Source of the DNA: Eledone cirrhosa
Taxonomy: Eukaryota
Length of the DNA: 64,000 nt
NCBI GenBank assembly: GCA_964016885.1
Contig: OZ024743.1
Span: 153,202,001-153,266,000 of the forward strand
Direction of reading: 5' to 3'
Positions within the stretch are counted from its first letter, which is position 1. The number at the start of each line of letters is the position of its first letter. Shown one piece after another: positions 25,241-43,924 of this stretch. The notes beneath the pieces were generated by a model. It was given only the letters and a program-made list of their open reading frames with translations. It was not told the DNA's origin and did no database searches. Both the position numbers and the translations under genes were made by a program.

Positions 25241-26180
25241 TTACCCACTCTACTACCCTAAGTATTGAGTACTTTGGTGCGTTATGGTCCACCTGGTTCC
25301 TTACCGCATTTCCTTCGTTATATATATATATGGATTCGTTGGGTATGGGTATGCATTGCTGTATGTTTGTATATGTTGGTGAGTGTGTATAGGTATATAT
25401 ATGTATATGTGTGTTGGTATTTTTTTTATACACACATATATGTATGTATGTATGTATATGTTTATATAAGGGTATGTATGTATGTTTGCACGTCTGTATG
25501 GTATGTATATGTGTACATAGGGTTTTGGTATATCCACGTTTGGTGAACATATGTGTATTTACCTGTAGGTATGTGCCTGAGTGCGTTATATACGCATTTA
25601 TTCTAGTATATTTATATATGTATATATAGTTATATATTTATATATGTGTTTGGTCTATACGTTCGTATGTGTGCGGGTATATGTGTCGCGCCAGTTTCCG
25701 TACGTGTGCGCGTTATATGTGTACGTGCATGTATATACATGCATGGTGTGTGTTTTCATGGATGCACGTGTATGTACGTATATAGATTTGTGTATGTGTA
25801 TTTTTAATTATTATTACTATTATGATTTTAATAACCTCTGACATTTTCGTTCAGCTGATTTATTTACATTATTTTTAACTCCAAAGCCGAGAACGATTCG
25901 GTTTCCTAAATTAAATATTAGTCTACGACTCAAATTATACCATAAACGTGGATTTATCTTTGCGTGTAATTGTTCTCACGTCCACATAACGACGTATTAT
26001 CTTCGCTTTTTTTTCGTTCATTTGGCAGAGAACGTCTTCGCGTACCAAAGTATCGTGTTCCTGTTTTCCTTCAGTTGCAAAGTTTTTCGAAATATTGACT
26101 TCTGCGTTCACAGATTGATTTTGTTTTTTAGTTTCAGAAGGGTGAAAGCAGCGATTGTTTGCTTAAACTTTAATCTGTTA

Positions 26181-29697
<3,517 letters not shown>

Positions 29698-29705
29698 ATA
29701 TATAC

Positions 29706-29767
<62 letters not shown>

Positions 29768-29794
29768 TATCATCATCATCATCATCGTTTAACG

Positions 29795-29835
<41 letters not shown>

Positions 29836-29847
29836 TATACATATATG

Positions 29848-29889
<42 letters not shown>

Positions 29890-29901
29890 TATACATATAT
29901 G

Positions 29902-29974
<73 letters not shown>

Positions 29975-30021
29975 ATATATACATATATATACATTATCAT
30001 CATCATCATCATCGTTTAACG

Positions 30022-30060
<39 letters not shown>

Positions 30061-30251
30061 TGCACACATAGATATAAATATATATATATATACTTTTTGC
30101 CTTTGTATCATTATGTAGTTTTCTCTAAATATAGTTTTTCAAAAGTATCCCCATTCTTTAAATCATCGGCCGATGAACTCCCCTCCTCCCAATCACCACC
30201 TTCCCCTACCAACCCAAAACGTATAAATACCACCATATCACATTAACAGTC

Positions 30252-30312
30252 AGCTTTCCTGGTGGTTTCCTTCGAATGAAACAGTTCTACTCCTGTAGAA
30301 GCCATTTCTATA
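30252..30312 (+). mobile_element. Family B fragment with degenerate hammerhead
   Basis: gctttc-ctggtgg-tttccttcgaat-GAAACAG ttctactc CTGTA-gaagcc. Confidence 0.55.
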
Positions 30313-30319
30313 TATACGG

Positions 30320-30384
<65 letters not shown>

Positions 30385-31551
30385 TGGATGAAGATACTCT
30401 CATGGAATGTGACCAAATAATGTTTGTTTTTCAACATAGTGCCCCTTGCAGTCCACACATTCCTTCCATTGGTGTTGCAGTGCTTTTATCCCATTGGTGA
30501 AGATACTTTCAACCTGTTGGTTAAAAAGTCATCAACATCAGATAAGATATAATCTTCTCTGTGATACTGGTTCCCAGCCACATATTTGGGGCCAAATTAG
30601 GAAAATAGAGAGGATGATCAACCAGTTCAAAGACAAATTCATGACCAGCAGCCATTGTGTACTGGAGAATTGTCCAGTTGAAACAAGATCTCTTCCATTG
30701 ATTTTCCTACGTGTTTAGTCTTGATAGTCTTTCATAACTGCCTCAGCAATTTGACTTAGTGGCCATTTTGAAGATAAACACAATGGCTTTTGCATCCCAA
30801 AACACTGATGTCATCACCTTCCCTGCAGATGAAACGACCTTGGCTTTCTTTGGAGTAGGTGATAAGGGGTTTTTCCACTGCATGGTTGTCTCTTTGTCTC
30901 TGGCTCAAAGTGATGAACCTGACACTCATTCTGGATTAGGTAACGTTCAAAGAAACCAGCTGGATCTACCTCAAACAATGCCAGATTTTCCCATGTTGTG
31001 ATCAGCCTGTTGCACTTTTGATCAGGTGACAGATTACGTGGCACCCACTGAGCAGAAAACTTTGTCATGCCAAGTTCATTGTGCATAATATTCTCAACTC
31101 TCTCCCGTGATATGCTAATAGCATTGGCTATTTGATTTATAGTCAATTGCTTGTCATCCATCACCATGTAGGTATCACAATCAATGTTTACCTTGGTGGT
31201 GACAGTTGCAGGACGTCCAGACCATGGGTCATCTTCAAGACTCATCTTCCCCTCCTAAATTTAGCTGCCCACTTTTGCACTGCAGATAAAGCTGAAGTAT
31301 CATTCCCTAATGTAGAAACCATGTCAGTTTGAATGTCCTTGGGGTCTAAATCTTTTTTTGCAGGTACTTGATAACACCATGATGCCAAATTGTGTCCATT
31401 TTCAAGAGAAGTTGCTACTATTTACTTTGATACTTCTTTGAACACAATGCAGTTATTATAAGAAGAGTTGAAATTTATGCATGCAAGATTTAGCAGCTCT
31501 AGTATCACTCCTTCATAATCAGCCTATGATCTTTTCAGCCCACCTTTGTAT
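30385..31551 (-). mobile_element. Degenerate mariner (Tc1/mariner) DNA transposon
   Basis: LEDDPWSGRP, AQWVPRNL and VHHFEPETKRQ motifs. The right end reads TA-CAAAGGTGGGCTGAAAAGATCATAGGCT, a TIR-like sequence. The left TIR is lost. Confidence 0.88.
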
Positions 31552-33084
31552 ATGTGTATATGTGTATATATATGTCATAAATAACCAAGTAAAAATAATA
31601 CTGTTGGTTCTTAATCAAGCTTTTGGTCATTTAAAAAAATAAGCATGCTTAATATGGAATTAAGAGTGAGATTGCATTTGATTTATGAGAGATTACTTGT
31701 CTATAGGAGAATGGTGGTATAAAGAAAGAAATCTAGATTTAATACACTATTAAAGTAAATTTCATTTTTCTCAATGTTTAATCATCTATGAACATTCATA
31801 ATCCCCAGGAAAGCAGAATGGGTTTTCCAGAGAATTAACCTATTACATGCTTAATTTTATCAGCAATTTGTCTTTGACTGTCTCATCTTTGATTGATACC
31901 ATCATCATCATCACTTTTACATCTGTTTATCCATGCTGGCATTTTGGGGGATTAATCCTAGAGCTGGATACACTCCATGATGCGAACCCAAACTTGAATA
32001 CAATTCTAAATTAAGATCTTCACATGTCTAACTGTTGAGCAGTGGAATTTTACTTTCTATGTAGAACATAAAGAAATATTACTGGCTGTGATGCTAATTG
32101 TTAAGAAAAGACAGAAACAAACACAGACATATATACATATATATGCACAAAATACACACAATACACTCACACAATCACACACGCACACACGCACACATAC
32201 ACACATACACACACACGCATACACACGCACACATATATTTATATATATAGTTGTCCTTTTAGTATGTTTTCAGATATGAACTGAAACATTTTGATCTTAG
32301 CATACATTTTCAAACCTATACATTACTCTAGACAATATATTTTGTCAAGAAGCATTATTATTATTATTAATATATACCTCTGAAAAGTTTCTGTTCAGTT
32401 CTCCTGCTGATTTTTCTGGCATACACAATGGATTATATGTTACTGCAGAATATGTAATTCAAAATGATTTATTTTGTGGTACACCAGAATCGAGCAACAG
32501 TAGGATACTAAAATGTGAAACATTTGCATAAATTTAAATTTAAGTTCTCTCCTTTTAGCATGGTGTCAGTTATATAAGGAAATATTTCAAACGTAGTGTG
32601 TTTTTTTAAACCTAAATGTTGCTTTACACTATAGTTTCGTCAACAAGCTATTTTCTAGCCCTTCTATTTGTACCCACACATCATGCAATGACAAATGTAG
32701 GCTCACCTGCCGAAAAACATTCCTCCTCCCCTAGTGTTAGTTTTGGGATGCATAAATACATATCGCTGCTGTGCTGTAGGGAAGGCAGGTTATAATATAT
32801 AAACAGATATGTATATGCACTTGGTACATCCAATCCACTCACACACTATAGTAAATGTTATACTAGCTACATCAATGGGTGGTCCTTGAAAACTATGATA
32901 GACCTAGCGACTAGTGATGGTTGCAACTGTTGCTGGTGCTGGTGGACACTGCAAATATCTGAGTGATTATACAATACAGTACATGAAAGAACCTAACAAA
33001 ATTATCACCAAGCAATTGTGTAGTCCTTCTACTTCTGAGGACCATGAAAATAGCAAGAAAATCATGCAGCTCCTTTATCATCAA

Positions 33085-35670
33085 ATGTATGAATTAAGAT
33101 TCACCACTATCAATGTCAGAACAATGAAAGTTAAGTGTAATGAGATTGTGGAGATGTTAGAGCGGAAACGAGTAGATGTATGCTGTGTTCAAGAAGTAAG
33201 GTGGAGGGATGCTTCGACCATACACATCACAGGCAAGGAACAGAGGTTTTAATTCTTCTGGGTGGGTAGCAATAATAGAGAAGGGGAGTAGGAATGCTCC
33301 TAGGTAGTTGAGGTAGTGTGTAACATTATAATTAAACTCACACTTGCCTTTCATTGTTCTGACATTAATAACAACAGCCACTATACTATCTGTATAAGCC
33401 CTTGCTGATGAGCAACATGACCACTTGTGTGAGGTCCTCTTACAGACTACCTCAATGAGAGATGAAAGTGCCCTCATTATTGCAGTTGGTGACTTCAATG
33501 GACATGTTGGGAAACATCATGACAAATTCCCTTGTGTACATGGAGACTATGCTTATGGAGAAGAAATGAAGAGGGAATAGACTTCTAGAGTTCTTTGATG
33601 ATCTCAGTTTAATGATCTGCAACACAAACTATAAGGAAGCCAACAAGCCACTTGATTACTTACCAACCTGGAGGTGGGGGTTTATAACAAGCCAAATAGA
33701 CTTCATCCTCACCTGGAAATGAGACAGGCAAATGGTTGTAAGTGCAAAAGCCTTTCCTCGGTAAGAATGTAGCTCCCAACATAAACTAGCTGCCAGTGAC
33801 CTTAGAATAAAGGCAACACAAAATAGGAGATGAAGGCTAGTCTAGAGAAGGAAGACCTGGGAGCTAAGATAAACCTCTGCAGGTAACAAATTCAGAAAAA
33901 TCCTACTTAACACCTATGAAGAGGAAATAGAGACAAAACATGGAGAAAAACTATTCCAGGGGATAACCTGCTGGAAACTACAAACCATATCTGCAGATGT
34001 AGTAAGGCCACAGCAAGATGGAATGTGATGTGGTTCTGGAATGATAAGGTTGATAGAGCCATAAAAGCAAACAGACAAGCCTGGAGAACTAGTGGAAGGG
34101 ACGAAACAAGGAGTAATACCAAATAGCTAGAAGAGAGGCTGCTTATCAGGTTAACATAGCAAGGTGTGAGGCAGAAAATAAGGGGTTTGCATATGTGCGG
34201 CATCATAAAGATCAGTGGTGCTAAGCATTCCAAATTGCAAGACAATGTGATAGGGAAAATTGTCATGTACTTAGTGAAAAGCGTGTTTGAAATGATAGTG
34301 GAGCACTTGCAATATCTGATGCTGAAAACAAAGAAGCATGAAAGACTTACTATGAAAGGCTGCTAAACAAAGAGAATAAATGGGATAGTGAGGGCTTACC
34401 CACTGAAGACCCTACAAAGATACTAGCTATAAAAATTGACAACAGTGTTATAGATAAAGCAATTAACGACATGAAAGTAGGGAAGGCAGGTTGATTATTT
34501 AGTATAGTTGCTGGGGTGCTAACAGCATCTGGGATGGTAGTTTATGAGCTAGTCAGATGAATAGTTAAGCAAGTTGTACAGGATGGTGTTGTACCCAATG
34601 ACTGGCAGAGTAGTATAATTGTAAATTGCGACAAGGGCATAGAAGATGCACTAGAGAGAAGTAACTACAGAGGCCTCAATTGATGGACCAGGTTATGAAA
34701 GTTATTGAAAAGGCATCATCATCATTATCATTGTGACCACAGTCAAATATTCCTGACAAAGTCCCTCCACAATTCACAATTTTCCATTGATCCTGGCAAC
34801 TGCTCCCTAATGAGGTTTGTATTGTCTGAGATTTGGTCACTGAAATATTGATCAGGTCTTACTTTTTTGATGAATTCATTCAGCTGTCCAAATATAGAAA
34901 AATCATTAACTCAATTTAGTATTCTGCCATCCAGTGTGTCAAGATTTCCAAATTCTTGATTTAGTGACATATACTGTTTTAGTAACCTTTTCTTGGCAGA
35001 TAATTCAACTTTATGAAGATGTTCTTGAGCTTGATCAGTGGGATTTTACAGAGAGCTATGTCATAAGCAAAATCTGTATTACATATAACAGTTGGTGGGT
35101 TTCACCTGCTTCTTCTTTGTGTCAATATAAAGCCCCAAGGAAAGAGTAAAGTTGTGGAAGGAGCATTTTGCTAAATTACTTGGAAAACCTCCCTTGATAG
35201 TTGAAGGAAATATTGACAAGGTATTTGACCCACTGCCTATTGATGTTTTTATAACGTAGGAGTTGAAAGATGCAATTAAGTTGACACAAATCAACAAAGC
35301 TCTATGTTTGGATAATATACCAGAAGATGTATGGAAAATATGCATGAATGATGAGCTGCTTGAAATCTGCCAAAAGACATTCACAGGAGATGTAACAAAA
35401 ATCTGGAGAAAAGGATATACAAGAAATTACAGAGGAATTATTTTGTCAGCAGGTGCAACTAAAATCTACAACAGAATGCTACTGAAAGATTTATAGTACA
35501 ACTAATTAAGGACAGAACAATGTTAGATGAGATGTTGTTCAGATTTATGCCAGGCAGGGCTATTACCTATGATCTGTTTCTGGAAAGACAACTGCGAGAG
35601 AAGTACTTAGCTAAGAGTAAGCCACTGTATCTGGCTTTTGTAGATATGGAGAACGCATTTTACAGGGTCC
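33085..35670 (+). mobile_element. Degenerate RTE LINE (APE plus start of RT), interrupted at 34714-35490
   Basis: TINVRTM..VDVCCVQEVRWR, GDFNGHVG and QIDFIL. MDQVMKV resumes after 35490 as LDEM..LREKYLAKSKPLYLAFVDME. Confidence 0.85.
34714..35490. mobile_element. Inserted LINE fragments of another family, apparently 5'-inverted
   Basis: (CAT)n tail at 34714 (minus-strand 3' end) plus a plus-strand RT fragment (WKEHFAKLL, DNIPEDVWK, NYRGIILS, KIYNRMLL). Confidence 0.6.
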
Positions 35671-35763
35671 AACTCAACAGCGACAAGAGATCACATAAAA
35701 TTGACACAGGCGATGACTTCTAAGAACTATGATGACACGTCATAGACAAAGAGGCACACATAA

Positions 35764-35890
35764 CTGTTTCTACTTTAGGCACAAGGCCAGCAATTACCCA
35801 GTGCATTACTGGTACTTTATTTTATCGACCCCGTAAGGATGAAAGGCAAAGTCAACCTCGGCGGGATTTGAACTCAGATCGTAAAGGGCA
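35764..35890 (-). mobile_element. 5'-truncated tRNA-derived SINE
   Basis: Near-identical reverse complement of 3946-4069. Confidence 0.88.
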
Positions 35891-36199
35891 CACATAACAA
35901 TGCCAAAAAGAATACGAGAATCCCAAGAGGAGACCTGCTCACAGCTCAATGTGCATACTCATATAAACAGATCGCCATGTGAAGTTGCTGTATTGTATTG
36001 ATCACCAAGTGATTGCAATGCTTTGCGTGCTTGTATTTGTGTATTATTGAAAACAGACTTCCAGTAATAATACAACTTGGTGAACGAAAATGTTGTTATT
36101 CATTGTTCCTACTATTTTCTTTGTGTATTGTATGGTTTTAAAACACCCCAATGTCTTAATTGAACAACATTTGTCATCAATACAGCATTGTTTATCTTA

Positions 36200-37437
36200 T
36201 GTGTTTGTCACTTCTCCTCAGAGAAGTCAATTACCTATGTGTATTATATGCAACTAAACATTAAGCGACAAAGCCATGAAGCCTTCACAATTAAAATATC
36301 ATTTATATTCTAAGCATACTGACCAGAAGGAAAAACCCTTACAAATTACGATCTCATTCGAAAAGTAGAAAACATTGATCCTGGAAATTCAGAAAGTATC
36401 TATGCAGGAAGATAATGGGATGATTGTGTCATGCAACATTGCCTTACTGGTCCCAATGGCCAGTAATTCCCACCCTATAGGAGAAACATTACTCTGGCCT
36501 GTTATTGAAGCAGTTCTCTTGAATGAAATGCATAAAATGCCAGACACAATTATGAAGACAATTACACTTAGTAAGAACACAATTTCTCGATGTATAGATA
36601 AAATGGCCACTGACGTCAAACTTCAAATCATCCATAATTTGTGCTATGAATTTTCCATATGAATCAACAGTTGTTGGAAATCAATGTTTGATGATGGTGA
36701 ATGTTTTTTTTTTTTTTTTTAATGAAAATATTTAACCTTGCGAGATGCTGCTCAATGATCAATTGTTGCTTGACCCAAAAGGTACATCAATTTTAGATTT
36801 ATTGAAACTATTTTTTAATGAGCATAACATCTCATTGCACAATATTGTTGCCTGTGCAGCTGATGGAGCCCTTGCTATGGAAGGTAGATACAGAGGTTTC
36901 TCTTCTCGCTTAAAACTTGAACTGTTGTAACAGTTCTCTGTGTGGCTCACTGGCAACTTTTAGTGGCAAAAAATATGAACAACAGGCTTAATGATGTACT
37001 GTAGTTAGTTATTAAAACTGTGAACAAGCTAAAATCAAAGTCTTTGTCGAAGTATTTGATACATTAATAATTTTCTTTTCAGAACACTCCACTGCCCACT
37101 TTTCTGATTGCTTCATAATGTAACAATTTTCACTAACCCTAACCATGAATATAACCTTGACCATAAAAGTAAATTATACCCTTTATAATTAAATTTAACA
37201 AAATAGTTTTAAATAGTCGAATTTACTTTCATTTGTTCTTTAATTAGCAGCAGCAGCCTCTGCATAAGTCAGCATTATTTGATACCTCCCTTTGGTAATT
37301 TTAACTACATCATAAGGAACAAACTTTTTCTAAACATTTTTAATATACTTTTGAATATTTACTATACAGGTGGGCGGTGGAAAATTTTCCCATGTGAAAG
37401 TGAGTGATGATGCAAAAAAAAGGTTGGGAACTCTTGA
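36200..37437 (+). mobile_element. Degenerate hAT (Buster/SPIN-like) transposon
   Basis: PMCIIC..AMKPSQLKYHL BED-like finger, HPIGETL, LSKNTISRCI and ADGALAMEGR. The 3' TIR-like sequence ggttgggaactcttg lies at ~37422-37436. The 5' boundary is uncertain. Confidence 0.8.
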
Positions 37438-39019
37438 TGTATATATATATATAACAAAAATGTATTTACATTTCTTTAGATTTTTCACAGCAAGTCATAT
37501 AATTTGAAACCTTTATTAAACAGGCATTATTTTTTTCTTAGACATAAGTCTTTTAGTTATTTCTTAATGATGTTAGTAAACAGTGGGAAAAGCAACTTGC
37601 ATTGGTGTACTTTGTGAAAAAAACAGCAGATTTAAGAAGGATGATTAGGATTGTATCTGCATACGTTTTTGTTAACAGATAAAAGTAAAAGATGAAAGCC
37701 TGAGGAAATTTTTGCTCAGCATCAATAAACGTTAGTTTGTTAGAAATTCTCTTTGAAAAACTCACATTTATTCCATTTTGTGAGTATTCCTTTATATGTT
37801 TATAATATACAAACATAAATACATACATACATTCTTCTTCTTCTTCTTCTTGGACTAGTTATTAAGTTATGGGAAATGTTAATTTATGTAAATGTGGATT
37901 ATAACCAAGTAGCATTGGTACAAAGTCACACCAGTCTTATACATTGTTTTATTCATATACAACTCTGACTGAACAGTGTTATAAATAAAGGTGTTCTAGC
38001 CATGATCATCTCATGTGATCATAGCTGCAATACATTAGATAATGCCATGCAGTATTGAATATGTACTTTACTTTTTGAAAATAATTGTTATAATTTGAGA
38101 GAAATATGGTTGTTATTTCTCACACTTTCAATAACCATACCACATACAGGCCCTTTCCTTAGCTCAAGTATTATATATATATATACATATTCTTAATTAA
38201 TTCATTATATAAATATACATATATATATAAAATGATAAGAAACGAAAGGAGCTGTGTGGTTACTAAAACCAAGGTTTAGGATGGTGTTTTGGACGGAACA
38301 AGAGAAGAAAAGAAGAAAGAATCCTTTGTCAGCTGTAAAACCGTGATCCAGATGTTTCGGCGCTTATTTATAGGACATCTGTAATGATTGGCAGTGTGCC
38401 CGAGGCCTTTTCTTAATAAAAAGGCCAGGAGGAAAAGAAGAGAAAAGAGAGAGAAAAAGAAAGGAAAGAGAATGCAAAGTGGAAGAAGAACAAAGGGGAA
38501 AAGGTGTTGAGGAGAGAGGAAGAAAGAGAAAAAGGAAAGAAAGGAGAAAAAAACAGGTGAACAGATCCCATATATATATATATATGAATACACACACAAA
38601 CACATTCATATAATATAGGAGGTATATTTCAGTCACGGGATACTGCATTCAAATAAAGATTTATGCATGGAAGCATTTATTTGTAGGTGCTTCGTGAGAA
38701 TAGTTTTGTAGGAATTTGCCATAAGCTTGAAAGCAACAAATATGTTTGTTCTTTAATATTTTGTATGTTGAATAAAGAAAATGTTGACTATGAGAAAATA
38801 TTATGGTGTCAGATGGTGGCCATACATGATAATTATATATAATGTAAATGCAGGACTCAATGCTGCACGGTGTTGGCAATGACGATATGATCACTGAAAA
38901 TGACGCATAAATTGATCATACAGAGGAAGAGACAGTGATTGAAAAACTGCTTCAGATCACCAACAAAGAATTTTGACCATGATGCCCAAGGGTAGTTGAT
39001 GACATATCGTAGAGACTGG

Positions 39020-39480
39020 TCATGTGATCTTCAATCTACTCTGCCGTGATAGGCAATGCATGAATTGTATATGAGAGAACATTTTGAACCACTGACATAA
39101 TTGCTCGAGCACATTTAGTTTGAAGGTAGAATGGTTTGCTTCTGGGAGAACTGGTTTTCTCTGGAGATTGTGGACTCTGCAGTAGTCTTCTTTATGCCCA
39201 CACTTGTGACATTTAGAACAGCTACAACATTTGAATTTGAAATATGTGGAAGAATCTCTATCACCACACTCATAAGAGGCTCTACAATACTTCATATGAG
39301 TTGATGTCTTCTGAGTATCTTATGTGTTGTTGGTTTATGGCAGTGAGATTGCTTCAATAGATGAGGGCTGACTTTGTTCCACTATGGCTGCATCATGTTT
39401 GAGGTTGATTAACCACTGGCTTTCTGCTGTCACAGATTGCAAAGTGAGATCTAGGTCCTGAGCCATTCAGTTGATGATCT
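39020..39480 (-). pseudogene. Ty3/Gypsy-like gag remnant (zinc knuckle)
   Basis: DLTLQSVTAESQWLINLKHDAAIVEQ followed by the CHKCGHKEDYC knuckle. Confidence 0.65.
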
Positions 39481-39929
39481 TATTTCTGATATCTGTGTAG
39501 AGTAGAGTGGTTACTGGTTGAAGCAATTACATTCTTGCTTGATAAGTGAGCCAATAGTTGTTAGCAGGTATTGAAACATGATGTATGTGTGCCAAAATTC
39601 CAAGACAGTGTGCTGGTCATTTCTCTGAAACTGCAATAATGGGGAATTGGGGTAAAATGAAATTGATTTAACAATCATTTTCAGCAGTCCTTAATTTTCA
39701 CAGTAGCATTAAAACTTTTGGGGGCATCTTTACAAGAGCTATTTTAATGTTGAAGTGTTACTTTTTGAACCAACATTCAAATGCACTTGATTGAACTAGA
39801 ATTTGCTGATTATATTCAGAATGGCCTCTCTCACTGTAGCGCTGGAATTTACTACCAGTTGTTGAAAGCTCATCTTCTGTGTCAATGTTTTGATGAACTT
39901 CAGTGGGGCATGATTGACATTATTCTACA

Positions 39930-40113
39930 GGCGGTGGATTGGGAGTATCGGTAGAGGGTCGGACGCCATGCTTTCCAGCATAGTTACGTCCCTTTATGAT
40001 CTGAGTTCAAATCCCACCAAGGTTGACTTTGCCTTTCATCCTTACGGGGTCGATAAAATAAAGTACCAGTAATGCACTGGGTGATTGCTGGCCTTGTGCC
40101 TAAAGTAGAAACA
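39930..40113 (+). mobile_element. Full-length tRNA-derived SINE with TSD
   Basis: Very similar to 3884-4071. TSD attattctac at 39919 and 40114. Confidence 0.92.
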
Positions 40114-41639
40114 ATTATTCTACTGTTGTTGAAACCTAGCTTGTTGTGCTGCTCATTTTCGTGTACATGATCACTCATGGTCATAATTCACTCCAAAATA
40201 AGAGCAGTTGCATTAGAACAATGTATAATGCAAGGATGACTGTCTTTTTCAAAACGAGCAGTATTTATTTCGGCTTCAAAATGTTGCTTTCTGATTGGTT
40301 AAAGATCATGTCAAATTTTCCATGCATTTTGAAGGGAAGCCATTTTGATATCTGGCATTAAAAATGAGCCTTCCTAACAATTATATATGCAGCAGAGCAT
40401 ACTTGTTTTGTTTATTTTTAGCCATTGCACATGTTCTACATTCAATGTCCATGCTTCACTACCTCGAAACATAATACTTTATATATAATAATAAGACTGA
40501 TGTGGTAAATGTGACAGTTAGGTTGCGAGATGTACAATATCATAAAAATTATACCAATTTAAGAGAAATAAAAAATATATACAACATGAAATCCTATGTG
40601 AATCTGTATTACATCTTTTCTGCCTTGTTCAATTTCTATGCAGAATATATTCAATAATTCAATTTATATTGAACAGTAAAAAAAAAGTACTGTATCTAGC
40701 TGTCATATATAACCCATCATATATGTATAATTGTAATCATTTCCCTTTTTTTCCATGATGACAAGATTGAAGTATTTACAGTATAGTCAATCAAAATTTC
40801 TTTTTTCCTGCATTGTATCAACTATGTCGCCCAACATATTCAGATCTAATATTGGATCTCACCACTTCTTTTTACATCTTTATTCAAGTGTAGTCGTTTC
40901 ACCACAGTATATCAGCTGATGCCTTAATGAATAATTGTTCTCCCAGTTAACTTTTCTGCTTAGACCTGAATTGAAGTTGCCCATCCTTTGCATCCTGCTA
41001 TTTTCTTGTTAAATAAACCTGACCTCTTGATTAGCATTTAACTTCTTAACATCATTTGCTGGCTATCAAGTTTGTCTCCTCATTCTATGCCTGTTACACA
41101 TTATATCATCTTCATTATCATTTTACATCCATTTCCTCATGTTTGCATCAGATAGACAAAAATTAACAAGTTGTAAACAAAAATTAACATGATGTTTGCA
41201 AGGTATTTTGGCTGGATGCCTTTCTTGTTGACTGGATGCATTTTGTTGTGTTACCAGCATTAGAGAGGTCGTTTGTCAGGACTTAGGAATCCTCTCTATT
41301 CTGTATCAGTTTATTAACATTTGCTTTGTCTATATATAATGTGATTAGGCAAATTACACAAATATAGAAAAAAAAGCATCCTGAGTGCGTCAACTGACAA
41401 AGAAGGAGAACAAATATAGAAAAGAGAGTAATAGTAAAACAGGAGAGGATTTAGTCCAATGTGTAAACAAAGTAGAACATTAAGGTGTATAAAAGTTAAG
41501 AAGGCAGAATAGAGGAAAACAGATCAGATGGTGTGATGTCTAGTATATGATAGTTTTAAAAAAAGCCTGCATGAATAAGTCTTTAGAATATAAATTCAAA
41601 ATAGGGGGTGCAGAGGACAAAGACACTGGAAAAAACAAC

Positions 41640-42022
41640 AGAAAGATCGACAGTTCCATCTCCTCAGTCAAGCTTTGGAAATCACTATGGTTTTGGTACA
41701 ACAAGGTTGATACTGTTCATTCCAGTACACATTGGGACATAACAAAACAGGTTGAGACAAGTTATGCCTTTAGGCAAATTACACAAATATAGAAGAAAAA
41801 GCATTGCAAGTGCCCTTGCACACTGTTCCCTCCCTTCTTTGTAAGTTGACCCACTTGAGATGCTTTTTCTTCTGTATTTGTGCAATTTGCAAAAAGGCAT
41901 ATCTTGTCTCTGCCTGTTTTATTATGCCTCAATGTGCACTGGAATAAACAGTATCAACCTTTATATATCGAAACTATAGTGATTTCCAGAGGTTGATTGA
42001 TGAGATGGATGATTCGTCTTTT
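41640..42022. repeat. Old imperfect palindrome, plus a direct partial copy at ~41345
   Basis: 41640-41803 is approximately the reverse complement of 41860-42022. Confidence 0.7.
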
Positions 42023-43746
42023 ACATTATTTTTACCATTATATATATTACATATAGATTTGATTGTAGAACATTCCTTTCGTTAAATTTTAATATGATAT
42101 GAGAACAATTTTTGTCCCTTCCAACAGCATCAATTTGTTTAATTGTCCTAAGCAGCCATGTTTTTCTCAGGAAAACCCTTGGTTGTTTTAGTAACACACC
42201 ATTTGCCCCTATTCCAATTATTCATGCAGATATCACACCAAATCACATGTATTGAGGGAAGATATATATAGCAGGCTGAATGGGACATTTTCCCCCAGCC
42301 ACCTCATCAACTATGAGCCATATTGGTGGGAGTAGTTCCCTATCAGCAGGGGTGGTGCCCTATCAGAGTGAGTAGTGCCCTATCTGTATGAGTGGGACCT
42401 AGAAATATAGATGTGCTCTGAGACTGCTAATGTGTGCTGTTGATGAGATTGTTGATTTTATCTTTTAGACAGACAAGAACAATACATTTAACAAAGAGTA
42501 ATTAATGTCAAACCTGTGGTCAATTCATTGAAATTTCTCTACATGAGAGACATCAAATCATTACCAGGAATATACTTATGACAAAATATACTTATGGCAA
42601 TTCATCAACATTTCTCTACTTTAGTGACAGCAGATGGTGGTTGTGATCAACCAGTTTTATGCAAGAATATGGTATATATGTGTATGTATGTGTGTGTGTA
42701 TGGGTGTATTTATATATTTGTGTATGTGTGCATGTTTTTAAGTACATTTAAGTGTGGAAATTGCCCTTAAAATGAAAGTGATCTAAGTTTTTCATTTAAC
42801 ATCTGTAAGTATAACTTTACATCTCCAATTAAATGTATCAAGTCAAATTTGAAATTTAAACTTGGGGGATTGTTGCATATTTTAATTTTTGTGTACAGGA
42901 GGCACCTCAAACCTGAATCCCCCCCCCCCCCCCCCGTTTTAAATCTGGTCCTGGATAAATTACTACATTATTATACTAAGATATCTCCTTGTTTTCTATG
43001 ACTCAAAGAATAACATAGTTGAAATCCAAGTCTATTTTTTGTTAATGTTGGATAGACAGAAACACAATCCGGATGTTAATATTCTTGAAAATTGATATTA
43101 TATTATTGATAGTTCATCTAAATAATGTTGAATACAAGAAATGGGAAATCTCAGAGTGTAGCACTAGAAAGCAAATAACACTAAGCAATATACTATTGAA
43201 AGCAAGCACTTTAGTTATCCTGAATAAAATACAAATTGTTTTGGATAGTATACTAAAAGTAGAAAATGCAAGATATTGACAATTACGAGGTTGCAGTGAC
43301 CAGATATTATTGCTCAGAGTTTCCTACCATAATATATTGCATATAGACAGCCTTTGATAATGGTATTTCTTGAAGTTGAAAAGGCCTTTGATAGGTTAAA
43401 GTTTGGAAGGTATAATAAATAATACCTTGGAACTTTTGTAGATTATGATGCATCTTTAGAAACTAAATATAATGAAAGATTTTAGAAAGCAAACCAAGTA
43501 CTGAGAATGCTTTCATAAGTGTGGAAATCACATTGATTGTTAATCCATATGAAATTTAAGTTGCATGCATCAGAAATAAATAATAGGTGTTTAATAAATG
43601 GAAGAGAGTCATAGCATAGACATTGAATTATAGGGTCTCTGAAAATAAAGCATTATGAATTATCTTGGAAATTAAGAGGCATGATTTTGTGGGAAATGAC
43701 TTGTGCTAAACATAATAAATGTATCATACATAGATGTAGAAATAAT

Positions 43747-43924
43747 TATTTCTACTTTAGGCACAAGGCCAGCAATAACCCAGTGCATTACTGGTACTTT
43801 ATTTTATCGACCCCATAAGGATGAAAGGCAAAGTCAACCTCGGCGGGATTTGAACTCAGATTGTAAAGGGACGTAACTATGCTGGAAAGCATGGCGTCCA
43901 ACCCTCTACTGATACTGCCAATCC
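43747..43924 (-). mobile_element. tRNA-derived SINE with 15-bp TSD
   Basis: Reverse complement of 3890-4071. TSD agatgtagaaataat at 43732 and 43925. Confidence 0.92.

Noticed and set aside
43270-43700. Traces of LINE RT-like sequence (e.g. gaaaaggcctttgatagg)
   Set aside because: Too degraded to delimit or classify.
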